64,000 nucleotides of DNA from Gaiellales bacterium (GTDB lineage: Bacteria > Actinomycetota > Thermoleophilia > Gaiellales > JAICJC01). Numbering within the stretch: position 1 is the first letter of the stretch; the number at the start of each line of letters is the position of its first letter. The notes below the pieces were generated by a model, which was given only the letters and a program-made list of their open reading frames with translations, searched no databases and had not been told where the DNA came from. Of the stretch, positions 45,630-54,841 are shown piece by piece. The DNA is taken from the NCBI GenBank assembly GCA_036403155.1, contig DASWRM010000030.1:67527-131526 (forward strand), given 5' to 3'. The position numbers and the translations under genes were made by a program.

Positions 45630-46970
45630 ATGGCGCGCACGCTGACCACATTCACCTGTACCGCTTGCGGCTTCGACAGCCCTCGCTGGCTCGGACGCTG
45701 CACCGCCTGCGGCGAATGGAACACGCTCGTCGAGGAGGTGCGCGACCGCGCTGCGGCGAACGGCAGCCGGCCCGCGGCGCGGCGGACGCCGCGCCCACTG
45801 GCCGATGTCGAGGCCGGCGGCGCCCGGCGCATCCCGACCGGAAGCGCCGAGTTCGACCGCGTGCTCGGTGGCGGCCTGGTGTCCGGCTCGCTCGTGCTGG
45901 TCGGAGGTGAGCCGGGAGTGGGCAAGAGCTCGCTGCTGTTGCAGGCGCTCGGCGCGATCGGCGCCGCCGGACGCTCGACGCTGCTCGTGTCGGGGGAGGA
46001 GTCCCCGGCGCAGGTGCGCATGCGCGCCGAACGGATCGGCGCCGTCGAGCACATCTCGATCCTGGCCGAGACGGAGTTGGAGACGGTCTGCGAGACGATC
46101 GTTGCCGTCCGGCCGGAGGTCTGCGTCATCGACTCCGTGCAGACGCTGTGCTCGGCCGACCTGTCCTCCGCCCCCGGCAGCGTCGCGCAGGTGCGCGAGG
46201 CGGCCGACCGGCTGCTGCGCGTCGCGAAGGGGCACGGGGTCACGATCGTCCTGGTCGGTCACGTGACGAAGGAGGGCGCAGTCGCCGGCCCGCGCGTGCT
46301 GGAGCACCTGGTTGACGCCGTGCTGCAGCTCGAGGGCGACCGGTACCGCTTCCTGCGCGTCCTGCGTGCGGTCAAGAACCGGTTCGGCTCGACGAACGAG
46401 ATCGGCATCTTCGAGATGACGGATCGCGGCCTGGAGGCGGTCTCCGACCCGTCGGCCGCGTTCGCCTGCGACGGCCCGGCGGGGCCGGGATCGGTGCTGC
46501 TGCCGGCGATCGAGGGCAGCCGTCCCATCCTGCTGGAGCTGCAGGCGCTGGTCGCTCCGAGCGACCTCGCCATGCCCCGGCGGGCGGCGACCGGCATCGA
46601 CCGCAACCGCCTGTCAATGATCGTTGCCGTGCTCGGCCGCCATGCCGGCGTCGCGCTCGGGGCGAGCGACATCTTCGTGAACGTCGCCGGCGGCGTGCGG
46701 GTGGACGAGCCGGCGGCGGACCTGGCCGTAGCCATCGCGATCGTCTCTGCGCACCGGGGCGTTGCGCCGCGCGAGGGGCTCGCCTGCTTCGGGGAGCTGG
46801 GGCTGACGGGCGGCGTGCGCGCCGTCGGGCAGGCGGAGCGCCGGCTGCGGGAGGCCGCGAAGCTCGGCTCGCGCGAGGCGCTGGCGCCGGCTGGTACCGT
46901 TTCGGTTGCAGGCGTTGCCGTCCGGACGGCCGCCACCGTGCAGCAGGCGATCGAGGAGGCTTTCGCGTGA
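45630..46970 (+). CDS. radA: DNA repair protein RadA (Sms)
   Basis: Zinc finger (FTCTACGFDSPRWLGRCTACGEWNT), Walker A (GGEPGVGKS), the KNRFG motif (VKNRFGSTNE), and a Lon-like C-terminal domain. Confidence 0.95.
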   Translation: MARTLTTFTCTACGFDSPRWLGRCTACGEWNTLVEEVRDRAAANGSRPAARRTPRPLADVEAGGARRIPTGSAEFDRVLGGGLVSGSLVLVGGEPGVGKSSLLLQALGAIGAAGRSTLLVSGEESPAQVRMRAERIGAVEHISILAETELETVCETIVAVRPEVCVIDSVQTLCSADLSSAPGSVAQVREAADRLLRVAKGHGVTIVLVGHVTKEGAVAGPRVLEHLVDAVLQLEGDRYRFLRVLRAVKNRFGSTNEIGIFEMTDRGLEAVSDPSAAFACDGPAGPGSVLLPAIEGSRPILLELQALVAPSDLAMPRRAATGIDRNRLSMIVAVLGRHAGVALGASDIFVNVAGGVRVDEPAADLAVAIAIVSAHRGVAPREGLACFGELGLTGGVRAVGQAERRLREAAKLGSREALAPAGTVSVAGVAVRTAATVQQAIEEAFA

Positions 46971-48061
46971 GCGACGTCGTGTCCGACCCACGGCAGGACC
47001 CGAAGCTGATGGACGCGCTTCGCCGGATCGCCCCGGGTACGACGATGCGCCAGGGGATCAACGACATCCTCCGCGGCAGCGAGGGCGCGCTGATCGTGAT
47101 CGGAGAGCCGGCCGAGCTCTCGTTCCTGTTCTCCGGCGGCATACGCCTCGACCAGGCCTTCTCGCCGTACCTGCTCTACGAGCTGGCCAAGATGGACGGC
47201 GCCATCATCCTCAACTCCAACGCCACGCGGATCGTGTACGCGAACGTGCAGCTGATGCCCGATCCCACCATCCCGTCGGCCGAGACGGGCACCCGGCACC
47301 GCACCGCAGAGCGCGTCGCCAAGCAGACCGGCGCGCTGGCCGTCTCGATCAGCCAGCAGCGCGACGTCGTCACGGTCTACGTCGGCGACTCCCGCTACCA
47401 GCTCGAGGAGATCCCGGCGGTCCTTGCCAAGACCAACCAGGCGCTGACCACACTGGACACGTACCGGTCTCGGCTGGAGCAGATCTCGACACGGCTGACC
47501 GCGCTCGAGTTCCAGAGCGCGGTCATGCTGGACGATGTGCTGACCGCGCTGCAGCGCGCCGAGATGACCACCCGGATGGTGGACGAGATCGAGCGGAACG
47601 TCGCCGAGCTGGGCGTCGAGGGCCGGCTGATCAAGATCCAGCTCGACGAGATGACCGAGTGGGTGCCCGCGGACAAGCTCACGCTGATCCGCGACTACGA
47701 GGTGTTCGAGGCCACCGGCGGCGCCGACCACGTGCTCGCCCTTCTCGCCGCGCTGCCGGATCAGCACCTCCTCGAGTTCGACGAGCTCGCCGCCGCGCTC
47801 GGCTACCCGCGCTCCGTGAACCCGATGGACTACGCGGTCGCCCCTCGCGGGTACCGGGTGCTGTCGAAGATTCCGCGGCTGCCGGAGCACGTCATCGACC
47901 ACGTGGTCGGGTACTTCAACGGCCTCGAGGCGTTCGTCCGGGCCTCGGTCGAGGAGCTCGAGGAAGTGGACGGGGTCGGCTCGGTGCGGGCGCGCGAGAT
48001 CCGGGAAGGTCTGCGCCGCCTGCAGGAGCAGAACCTGGTCGACCGTTATCTCAACTTGTAG
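46967..48061 (+). CDS. disA: DNA integrity scanning protein DisA (diadenylate cyclase)
   Basis: DAC domain motifs DGAIIL and TRHRTAERV, and a C-terminal HhH (VDGVGSVRAREI). The GTG at 46967 overlaps the radA stop as GTGA. Confidence 0.93.
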   Translation: MSDVVSDPRQDPKLMDALRRIAPGTTMRQGINDILRGSEGALIVIGEPAELSFLFSGGIRLDQAFSPYLLYELAKMDGAIILNSNATRIVYANVQLMPDPTIPSAETGTRHRTAERVAKQTGALAVSISQQRDVVTVYVGDSRYQLEEIPAVLAKTNQALTTLDTYRSRLEQISTRLTALEFQSAVMLDDVLTALQRAEMTTRMVDEIERNVAELGVEGRLIKIQLDEMTEWVPADKLTLIRDYEVFEATGGADHVLALLAALPDQHLLEFDELAAALGYPRSVNPMDYAVAPRGYRVLSKIPRLPEHVIDHVVGYFNGLEAFVRASVEELEEVDGVGSVRAREIREGLRRLQEQNLVDRYLNL

Positions 48062-48549
48062 CGGGCGGCATGCCGCGCAACCCGGACGCGGTTCCCGCAC
48101 GCCGCGCTGCACCACCGCCGCCGGGGCGTGGTTGCGAGGAACAGGCGGTCGCACCCGTGCGCGTCGCACACGCGCAGCCGCGCCCGGTCGGGCCCGGACA
48201 GCAGGTCGATCGCCGAACGGGCGACCGCTCCCAGCGCGGCTGCATCGCCCCCCGCGGGAGTGCTCAACCACATGCGCGGCCGCCCGTCCGCAGGCCAGTT
48301 GAGTTGCGGGCAGACCGCCGCCTCGGCGCTTCGGGCGTTCAGCTCGTCGAGCGCGCCGGCGGGCGGGTGGCCGCCGGTCGCCGCCGCGCGCAGCAGGCGG
48401 TCGACGGCGGCGCTCAGCGCACGCAGCGCCGCGAGGCCCTCCGCGCCGATGTCCGCGCGAAGCCCGTGGGCGCGCAGCCAGGCCGTGGCCGTCCCGCTGT
48501 CGGAGAGCGCGCGCGCCGCTTCTGCATCCGCGATGTCGAGCGCCAGCAT
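48046..48549 (-). CDS. ABATE/CGNR zinc-finger domain protein
   Basis: C-terminal CGNR zinc finger: RVCDAHGCDRLFLATTPRRRWCSAACGNRVRVARH. The start was chosen at the ATG at 48547-48549 (MLALDIAD...), because the 10 codons upstream (to 48579) are AT-rich and look non-coding. 48579 remains possible. The gene is convergent with disA and overlaps it by 16 nt. Confidence 0.75.
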   Translation of the reverse strand: MLALDIADAEAARALSDSGTATAWLRAHGLRADIGAEGLAALRALSAAVDRLLRAAATGGHPPAGALDELNARSAEAAVCPQLNWPADGRPRMWLSTPAGGDAAALGAVARSAIDLLSGPDRARLRVCDAHGCDRLFLATTPRRRWCSAACGNRVRVARHAARYKLR

Positions 48550-48762
48550 GACCGGAACCCTAACGTATACATCGGACAAGAACCATTACGAGACGAGGCA
48601 CTAATGGGTTGATACGTATTCATGAGTTAGCTGATCGATCCGCTTGCATAGTGTTGCGCATGCTCGCCTCGACTCGCCCGGAGAGTCCTCGTCTGATATC
48701 ATCTACCCCTCTAGGGGTACAAAAACTGCCGGTCCCACATCGGCGAGGAGGTCAGACGTCAC

Positions 48763-49257
48763 GTGTATGAAGTTGGGGACAAGGTCGTGTACCCGCATCA
48801 CGGCGCGGGCACGATCGTGAAGAAGGAAGAGCGTGACGGGCGCGAATATCTGACCATCCAGATCATCCACAACGACATGACCGTGATGATCCCGTCCGAC
48901 AGCGCCGACCGTGCCGGCCTGCGCAAGGTGATCGGCGAGGAGACGGTCGACGAGGTGCTCGGCGTGCTCGGCGGTGACGGCACCAAGATGCCGAAGAACT
49001 GGAACCGCCGGTTCAAGCACAACCGGGACAAGATGAAGACCGGTGACATCTTCGAACTCGCGGAGGTCGTCCGGAACCTGGCGCAGCGTGACCAGGAGAA
49101 GGGCCTGTCCACCGGTGAGAAGCAGATGTTCTCGAAGGCCAAGCGCATCCTCGCCTCGGAGCTGATGTACGCCAAGGGCATGGAGGAGGAGGAGGCGCGC
49201 GAGTACCTCGAGGAGGTGCTGGAGGAGATCGGCGCGGCCCGCAAGGCCCGCGCCTAA
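48763..49257 (+). CDS. carD: CarD family RNA polymerase-binding transcriptional regulator
   Basis: MYEVGDKVVYPHHGAGTIV...YL.I......M.VM.P ... NWNRRFK.N..K...GD; about 164 aa. GTG start, preceded by GAGGAGG. Confidence 0.93.
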   Translation: MYEVGDKVVYPHHGAGTIVKKEERDGREYLTIQIIHNDMTVMIPSDSADRAGLRKVIGEETVDEVLGVLGGDGTKMPKNWNRRFKHNRDKMKTGDIFELAEVVRNLAQRDQEKGLSTGEKQMFSKAKRILASELMYAKGMEEEEAREYLEEVLEEIGAARKARA

Positions 49258-49342
49258 CGCGTATCCACCCAGGTTCGGCGCCGGAGGCTCACGCCCAGCC
49301 GGCGGCCGGATCAGATGACTGCCTCCCGAGGAGGAGCAGGCG

Positions 49343-50401
49343 ATGATTCTCGTTACACGGATCGTCCTGTCTCTCTTGGGCGCGCTTGGTGCCGTCTACG
49401 CTGGCCGTTCGTTCGATCTGGTCAACCGCTTCGATTCGTCTTCTTACGCGTACGCCACGTTCGGCATCATCGTCTTCCTTGCGTTCGCCGTCGGCTGGAT
49501 GATCGGCGGGCTGGTTGGGAAGGGGCTCGCGCGCGGCTTCAAGAGAGTCGAACGGGCAACCCAGTCCCGCAGTGCGGGTGAGCTGACCGTCGGCGCGGTC
49601 GGCCTGCTGGTCGGCCTTCTCGTCTCGGCGCTGCTGTACCTGCCGGTGCACGCGCTTCCCTACATCGGCAACTGGGTGCTGCTGCCCATGGTGCTCGTGC
49701 TCGGGTACCTGTTCGCGTTCACCGCTGCGCGGAAGCATCGCGGCATCCTGCGGCTGGTCGGCGTGCACTCGCTGGGCGACGCCGACGCCGAGCGGGGGCC
49801 GGCCGGCGCATCGACGCTCGTCGACACGAGCGCCATCATCGACGGGCGGATCGCGGACATCGTCCGCACCGGGTTCCTGGGCGGCGAGCTGGTCGTGCCG
49901 GAGTTCGTGCTCAGCGAGCTGCAGCAGGTCGCCGATTCCGCCGATCCGCTCAAGCGCGCGCGTGGCCGGCGCGGGCTGCAGGTCGTCCAGGACCTGCGCA
50001 GCGATGTCACGGTCGCCACGCCGGACGTCGACTTCCCGCAGGTGGCGGACGTGGACGCGAAGCTGCTCAAGCTCGCGAAGGAGCGGGGGATGGCGATCCT
50101 CACCACCGACTTCAACCTCAACCGGCTCGCGCAGATCCAGGACGTGCCGGTGCTGAACGTCAACGACCTCGCGAATGCCCTCAAGCCCGCCGTGCTTCCC
50201 GGCGAACGGCTGGACGTGCTGCTGATCAAGGAGGGCAAGGAGCAGCACCAGGGAGTTGCCTACCTGGACGACGGCACCATGGTGGTCGTCGAGAAGGCGC
50301 GCGAGCGGATCGGACAGAAGCTCGCAGTGCAGGTGACGTCCGTGCTCCAGCAGCCGTCGGGCAAGATCATCTTCACGAAGATCGCCGGCGACGGCGACTG
50401 A
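49343..50401 (+). CDS. PIN/TRAM domain-containing membrane protein (YacL-like)
   Basis: Four N-terminal TM segments, a PIN domain (LVDTSAIIDGRI...ILTTDFNL) and a C-terminal TRAM domain (GVAYLDDGTMVVVE). It sits upstream of ispD-ispF, as yacL does in Bacillus. Confidence 0.85.
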   Translation: MILVTRIVLSLLGALGAVYAGRSFDLVNRFDSSSYAYATFGIIVFLAFAVGWMIGGLVGKGLARGFKRVERATQSRSAGELTVGAVGLLVGLLVSALLYLPVHALPYIGNWVLLPMVLVLGYLFAFTAARKHRGILRLVGVHSLGDADAERGPAGASTLVDTSAIIDGRIADIVRTGFLGGELVVPEFVLSELQQVADSADPLKRARGRRGLQVVQDLRSDVTVATPDVDFPQVADVDAKLLKLAKERGMAILTTDFNLNRLAQIQDVPVLNVNDLANALKPAVLPGERLDVLLIKEGKEQHQGVAYLDDGTMVVVEKARERIGQKLAVQVTSVLQQPSGKIIFTKIAGDGD

Positions 50402-50405
50402 GCGC

Positions 50406-51113
50406 TTGGCCGACCTGCTCAGCGCCTGGGCCATCGTCGTCGGCGCCGGCGAGGGCACGCGGCTCGGGAGCGACCGGCCGAAGGCGTTCGTCGGCCTGGG
50501 CGACCGCGTGCTGCTCGCGCACTCGGTGGAGACGTTCGAGGAGCACGTGGCGATCGACGGGGTGGTGCTCGTCGTTCCGGAGGGATGGGAGGAGCCGGCG
50601 ACGCTGCTCGCCGACGACCTGGCCGCGGGCAAGGTGGCGGCAGCCGTTGCAGGCGGTGCCACCCGCGCGGAATCTGTCGCGGCAGGCCTCGCCGAGGTGC
50701 CCGACGACGCAGACCTGATCCTCGTCCATGATGCGGCCCGGCCGTTTGCCTCGGCGGAGCTCGTCACGCGTGTGCTCGAGGCGCTCGGCGACGCCGACGG
50801 CGCCGTGCCCGGCGTGCCGGTGACGGACACCATCAAGCGCGTCGAGCACGGGCGGGTGGCCGAGACGCCCGACCGGTCGCAGCTCGTGGCGGTCCAGACG
50901 CCGCAGGGGTTCCGCGCGGCCGCCCTGCGAAGCGCCTATGAGCGGCCGTCGAACGCGCTGGCCGCCGCAACCGACTGCGCGTCGCTGGTGGAGGCGGCCG
51001 GGGGAGCGGTCGCCGTGGTCGCCGGCGAACCGGGCAACATCAAGATCACGACGGCGTCGGATCTGGACGAGGCCCGGCGGGCGGCGGAGCGGGCGGGGCG
51101 TGGCCGCGCATGA
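50406..51113 (+). CDS. ispD: 2-C-methyl-D-erythritol 4-phosphate cytidylyltransferase
   Basis: AIVVGAGEGTRLGSDRPKAF, VHDAARPF, VTDTIK, VQTPQGF. TTG start at 50406. Confidence 0.9.
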   Translation: MADLLSAWAIVVGAGEGTRLGSDRPKAFVGLGDRVLLAHSVETFEEHVAIDGVVLVVPEGWEEPATLLADDLAAGKVAAAVAGGATRAESVAAGLAEVPDDADLILVHDAARPFASAELVTRVLEALGDADGAVPGVPVTDTIKRVEHGRVAETPDRSQLVAVQTPQGFRAAALRSAYERPSNALAAATDCASLVEAAGGAVAVVAGEPGNIKITTASDLDEARRAAERAGRGRA

Positions 51114-51598
51114 CGGCCGAGCTGCGAGTGGGGACGGGGTTCGACGCGCACGCGTTTGGGGACGGACGACGGCTGGTGCTGGCCGGCGTCGTGATCCCGC
51201 ACGGTCGCGGCCTCGTGGGGCACTCGGATGCCGACCTCGTCTGCCATGCGCTCACCGATGCGCTGCTCGGGGCGTGCGGCGGGGCGGACATCGGCGCGCT
51301 CTTCCCATCGGACGATCCGGCGCTCGAGGGCGCGTCGAGCATCGAGCTGCTGCGCCGGGCATGGGGCGAGCTGGCTGCCGACGGGTGGGGCATCGTCAAC
51401 GCAGACGCCGTCGTGATCATGCAGGAACCGCGGTTGGCGCCTCACCGCGACGCCATGCGGGCGTCGCTTGCGGACGCGCTGGACGTCGAGCGTCAGCGCG
51501 TCACGGTGCGCGCATCGACGACCGACATGCTGGGCTTCGTCGGCCGCCGGGAGGGGGCAGCATGCCAGGCGGTGGCGCTCGTGCGGACGCCCGGCTGA
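51110..51598 (+). CDS. ispF: 2-C-methyl-D-erythritol 2,4-cyclodiphosphate synthase
   Basis: RVGTGFDAHAF, GHSDADLVCHALTDALLGA, DIGALFP. Its ATG overlaps the ispD stop as ATGA. Confidence 0.93.
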   Translation: MTAELRVGTGFDAHAFGDGRRLVLAGVVIPHGRGLVGHSDADLVCHALTDALLGACGGADIGALFPSDDPALEGASSIELLRRAWGELAADGWGIVNADAVVIMQEPRLAPHRDAMRASLADALDVERQRVTVRASTTDMLGFVGRREGAACQAVALVRTPG

Positions 51599-52287
51599 CG
51601 GGCGTCGTGTCGTTCGACCTGGACGGCACGCTGTGGGAGTTCGGCCCGATGATGGAGGGGGCGCTGGCCGCGGCCATCGAGTCGCTGGAGCGCCATCATC
51701 CGCAGCTGCGCGGGCGCCTGACCGTCGCGGATCTGCACCGGCACCGCGAGCTCGTCAGCGAGGAGATGGAGGGAACGCTCGAGCAGCTTCGCCGCGAGTC
51801 GATGCGGCGCGCGCTGCGCTCGGTGGGCCATCACGATGTCCAGCTCGCGGAGTGGCTGGCCGACGAGTTGCTGGCCGCCAGGGCGCGGGTCGTCGGCGTG
51901 CACTCGGACGTCGAGCCGGTGGTCGACGAGCTGCTCCGCCGCGGCCACCTGGTGGGAGCGATCACGAATGGCAACTTCCCGTTCGAGCGGCTGCCGCTGG
52001 CCGAGAGGTTCGCGTTCACCGTCCACGCTGAGGAGGTCGGCGAGGCGAAGCCGGCGGCCGCACCGTTCCGCCGCGCGGCCGAGCTGGCCGGCCGTGACCC
52101 CAGTCGCTGGGTCCACGTCGGGGATGAGATCGTCACGGACGTCGAGGGAGCGCAGGCCTACGGGATGCTGGCGGTGTGGCTGAACCGCTCCAACCGGCCG
52201 GCGCCGCCGGGCGCCCGGCCTGACGCCGTCATATCGTCGCTCCACGACCTGCCGGACGTGGTCGACGACCTGCTCGCGGCGCGTTAG
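51562..52287 (+). CDS. HAD-superfamily hydrolase (subfamily IA-like)
   Basis: Motif I (SFDLDGTL), motif II (AITNG), motif III/IV (KP...HVGDE..TDVEGA). The ATG at 51562 would overlap ispF by 37 nt. The in-frame GTG at 51607 (VSFDLDGT) is a non-overlapping alternative. Confidence 0.75.
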   Translation: MPGGGARADARLTGVVSFDLDGTLWEFGPMMEGALAAAIESLERHHPQLRGRLTVADLHRHRELVSEEMEGTLEQLRRESMRRALRSVGHHDVQLAEWLADELLAARARVVGVHSDVEPVVDELLRRGHLVGAITNGNFPFERLPLAERFAFTVHAEEVGEAKPAAAPFRRAAELAGRDPSRWVHVGDEIVTDVEGAQAYGMLAVWLNRSNRPAPPGARPDAVISSLHDLPDVVDDLLAAR

Positions 52288-53069
52288 ACCGCGGCCGGCA
52301 GGGCGGCGGTGCCGTCGCTGACAACGGCGAGGCCGTCGGCCACCAGCGCGTCGAGCGCCTCGCGGTCGAGCTCGCCCACGGCCAGCGGTCCCGAGTCGAC
52401 GAGCCGCCGGAGCACCCGGCTTCGCCGCTGCCGGAACGAGCCCTCGAACCGCGATTGTCTGCGCAGCGGCGCGAACGTCATGCCGGCCGACGGGCAGCCG
52501 TCCCGGAGCGGGCAGAGGCCGCAGCGCGGCCGGCGCGCTATGCAGACGGTGCTGCCGAGATCGAAGAGCGCCTGGTTCCAGCCGTAGGCGCGACCCGGCG
52601 GCGGTGAGGCGTCGGGATCGCCCAGCGCGCGTGACAGCACCCGGCGCGCGTTCACGTCGGGCGCGGCCACCTGCGCGCCGAACGCGAAGCAGGCGACCGC
52701 GGCGGCCGTGTACGGGCCGATTCCGGGGAGGCGCCGCAGATCCGACGGGTCGCGCGGGAATCCGCCGAGGCGGACCACCGCCTGCGCACAGCGGTGCAGG
52801 TTGACGGCCCGGCGGTTGTATCCGAGCCCGGCCCACGCGCAGATCACCTCCGCCGGCGACGCGTCGGCGAGCGCCGCGGCGGTCGGCCATCGCCTCAGCC
52901 AGTCCAGGTAGCGCGGGACGACGCGCGACACGTGCGTCTGCTGCAGCATCACCTCCGAGACGAGGATCGCGTACGGATCCCGAGTGTGGCGCCACGGCAG
53001 ATCACGCCTGTTCTGCCCATACCAGGCAAGAACGGCGTCCTGCACCGCTTCCGTTGAACGCGCGGCCAT
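52284..53069 (-). CDS. mutY: A/G-specific adenine DNA glycosylase (HhH-GPD, 4Fe-4S), short actinobacterial form
   Basis: WYGQNRRDLPWR, PYAILVSEVMLQQT, GLGYNRRA, LPGIGPYTAAAV, a catalytic Asp (APDVNARRV), and the cluster loop CIARRPRCGLCPLRDGC. Confidence 0.85.
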   Translation of the reverse strand: MAARSTEAVQDAVLAWYGQNRRDLPWRHTRDPYAILVSEVMLQQTHVSRVVPRYLDWLRRWPTAAALADASPAEVICAWAGLGYNRRAVNLHRCAQAVVRLGGFPRDPSDLRRLPGIGPYTAAAVACFAFGAQVAAPDVNARRVLSRALGDPDASPPPGRAYGWNQALFDLGSTVCIARRPRCGLCPLRDGCPSAGMTFAPLRRQSRFEGSFRQRRSRVLRRLVDSGPLAVGELDREALDALVADGLAVVSDGTAALPAAV

Positions 53070-53204
53070 GGGCGCACGCTACCGCCCGTGGCGGCTCGTG
53101 CTAACGCCTTGCGAACATGGCGCTGCGGACACTGGCCTGCGCCGGCGAGGCGGAAGTCCGCAGATCAAGGATCACGTTCACGACCGAGCTGACCGCGTGG
53201 TGGT

Positions 53205-53582
53205 CTAGGTGCAGCCGTTGGTGACTGGTCTGCGGCGAACCACGGTGTAGTGAGGGCCGTAGATGTCGACCTCCAATCGATACACGCACGTGCGGACGGC
53301 GGCCAGTGGGCCACCTGTCGAGTCGGATGCACTGACCGTCAGCTGGCACTCCTGATGTGTGCCCGCGGGTGCGTCCCGGTCAGACGGTTGGCACCAGGCC
53401 ACCGTGCTGAACCCGCTCCTGCGGTGCTCAGCTTCGGAAAGGCTCCAGGCGACGCCATCGCTCGTCATATGGCCGTCCACCAGTTGCGGAGGCGACGGTT
53501 CAGGCGACGGGTTCCAGATCGACGCGGCGAGCAAGAAGACGAGATACCCGCATGCGATGAGGATGAGGACTCCCTTGGTCAT
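53205..53582 (-). CDS. Hypothetical small N-terminally anchored, Cys-containing protein (125 aa)
   Basis: MTKGVLILIACGYLVFLLAASIW is a single N-terminal hydrophobic helix. Four further Cys lie in the extracytoplasmic part. The ATG at 53580-53582 is preceded by GAGGGTGGG. No family was recognised, and it lies in the lower-GC islet. Confidence 0.45.
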   Translation of the reverse strand: MTKGVLILIACGYLVFLLAASIWNPSPEPSPPQLVDGHMTSDGVAWSLSEAEHRRSGFSTVAWCQPSDRDAPAGTHQECQLTVSASDSTGGPLAAVRTCVYRLEVDIYGPHYTVVRRRPVTNGCT

Positions 53583-53726
53583 GCGCCCACCCTCGCACCG
53601 TGACACCCGCGCTCGCATCGGGCGGAACCCTCGTCCGCCGTCGATCATCAGCGCCGGATGGCGGATAGTCGTCGTAACCCGCCCCCCCAGACATGCAGCA
53701 CAAAGCGATGGGTTCGATGAAGCACG

Positions 53727-53755
53727 TTGACAAGCTCCTGGCCGGGGGCCATGAT
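53727..53755 (+). promoter_or_regulatory. Putative sigma-70-type promoter for the HAF-repeat gene (TTGACA-N17-CATGAT)
   Basis: A perfect -35 hexamer and a 17-nt spacer. It implies a transcription start about 25 nt before the GTG at 53785. Confidence 0.4.
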
Positions 53756-53784
53756 CGGCTGAGTCGAATCCGTGGAGTTGGCGG

Positions 53785-54738
53785 GTGCGGATCAGGATTG
53801 CTCTATTGGTTGTGGCGGTCGCGGCGTGCTGCTTGCCGGCCAATGCCCCAGCGGCCCAGTACCAGGTGAGGCGGCTGCCCGGGTGGCTCCGTGCCACGGG
53901 CCTCAACGACTGGGGAACGGTCGTTGCGGTATCGGGAACGGACAGCTACGTCTGGAAGCGCCACTCGGTGACGCTGATTCCCCCTCTTGATGGACGCTCC
54001 ATGCAAGCGATAGCTATCAATAACAATGGGATGGTTGCTGGATCGGCATACACATCCCAGGGCGATCCGCGACCGTTCGCGTGGACGCGGCTTGATGGGG
54101 TTCGCGACCTGGGCGGGCCGGGAGACGGATGTTATGGCTATCCGATAGCGCTCCAACCGGCGGCGTTGAACGACGGCGGAATGGTGGTGGGGACCCTCGA
54201 GGATGCGGACTGCGACAGACGCGCCGTGTGGTGGGACGGGCACGGCATGCACTACGTCCCCACCTACTACGGATGGGCGAACGACGTCAACTCCATCGGC
54301 CAGGTCGTCGGTCTGGAGATCGTCGGAGACAGCCCCTACAACTATGCGTGGTATGGATTTGTTTGGCGGGCGGGCCGCAGTCCCCGACTGCTGCGCTTCC
54401 ACAACTCGGACACGATGGCGACCGGGATCAACGACAAGGGGACCGTGGTCGGCTTTGACGGCCCCGGATGGTGGGTGTTGGTGCCGGGCCATAGTGTCCG
54501 AGCAATCCCGGCCACCGGTCTGCTGATCACCAACCACCAGATCATCGGACTCTCGTCGGACGGGTTCGCCACCTGGAACCTCCGTGGCCGCAACCGACAG
54601 CTGATCCGCCTACGCCACGGTTGGCAGATCGACTCGATCGTCGATGCCAACAATCGCGGTCAGTTGATCGGCACCGCACACCGACCGGGCGAAGACACGG
54701 TCAGCGTGCTGATACGCCCCACCCAGCGGCCGAGTTAG
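53785..54738 (+). CDS. Secreted HAF-family-like repeat protein (probable beta-propeller)
   Basis: Signal peptide (LLVVAVAACCLPANAPAA). Seven copies of an (I/L)N(D/N)xGxVVG motif, most followed by an aromatic-W strand (SYVW, PFAW, AVWW, GFVW). This resembles the extracellular HAF repeat (TIGR02913-type) as I recall it. Confidence 0.65.
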   Translation: MRIRIALLVVAVAACCLPANAPAAQYQVRRLPGWLRATGLNDWGTVVAVSGTDSYVWKRHSVTLIPPLDGRSMQAIAINNNGMVAGSAYTSQGDPRPFAWTRLDGVRDLGGPGDGCYGYPIALQPAALNDGGMVVGTLEDADCDRRAVWWDGHGMHYVPTYYGWANDVNSIGQVVGLEIVGDSPYNYAWYGFVWRAGRSPRLLRFHNSDTMATGINDKGTVVGFDGPGWWVLVPGHSVRAIPATGLLITNHQIIGLSSDGFATWNLRGRNRQLIRLRHGWQIDSIVDANNRGQLIGTAHRPGEDTVSVLIRPTQRPS

Positions 54739-54841
54739 CCCCTCCGCGTCGGCTTCCGCGGCCCAGGTAGGGATCTCCCCGACGCGGGCTCCTGTTGCCG
54801 TCCCTAGCCTTGGCTGTGATGACCCATCGGGGAGGAGTTCG

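Noticed and set aside
41381-46243. 1620-aa ORF on the minus strand spanning gltB and radA, and the 1230-aa alternative plus-frame ORF 41365..45057
   Set aside because: Same shadow-ORF logic: both are out of frame with or antisense to genes that carry clear catalytic motifs, their composition is dominated by R/A/P/G, and no domain is recognisable.
50938-52287. 449-aa ORF suggesting an ispD/ispF-overlapping fusion. Likewise the N-terminal extensions of ORFs 56427..58553, 24479..25351, 4928..6151, 28987..30153 and 45333..46970.
   Set aside because: The upstream portions overlap neighbouring genes out of frame and are low complexity. Internal starts were chosen where recognisable domains, SD sequences or stop/start overlaps appear.
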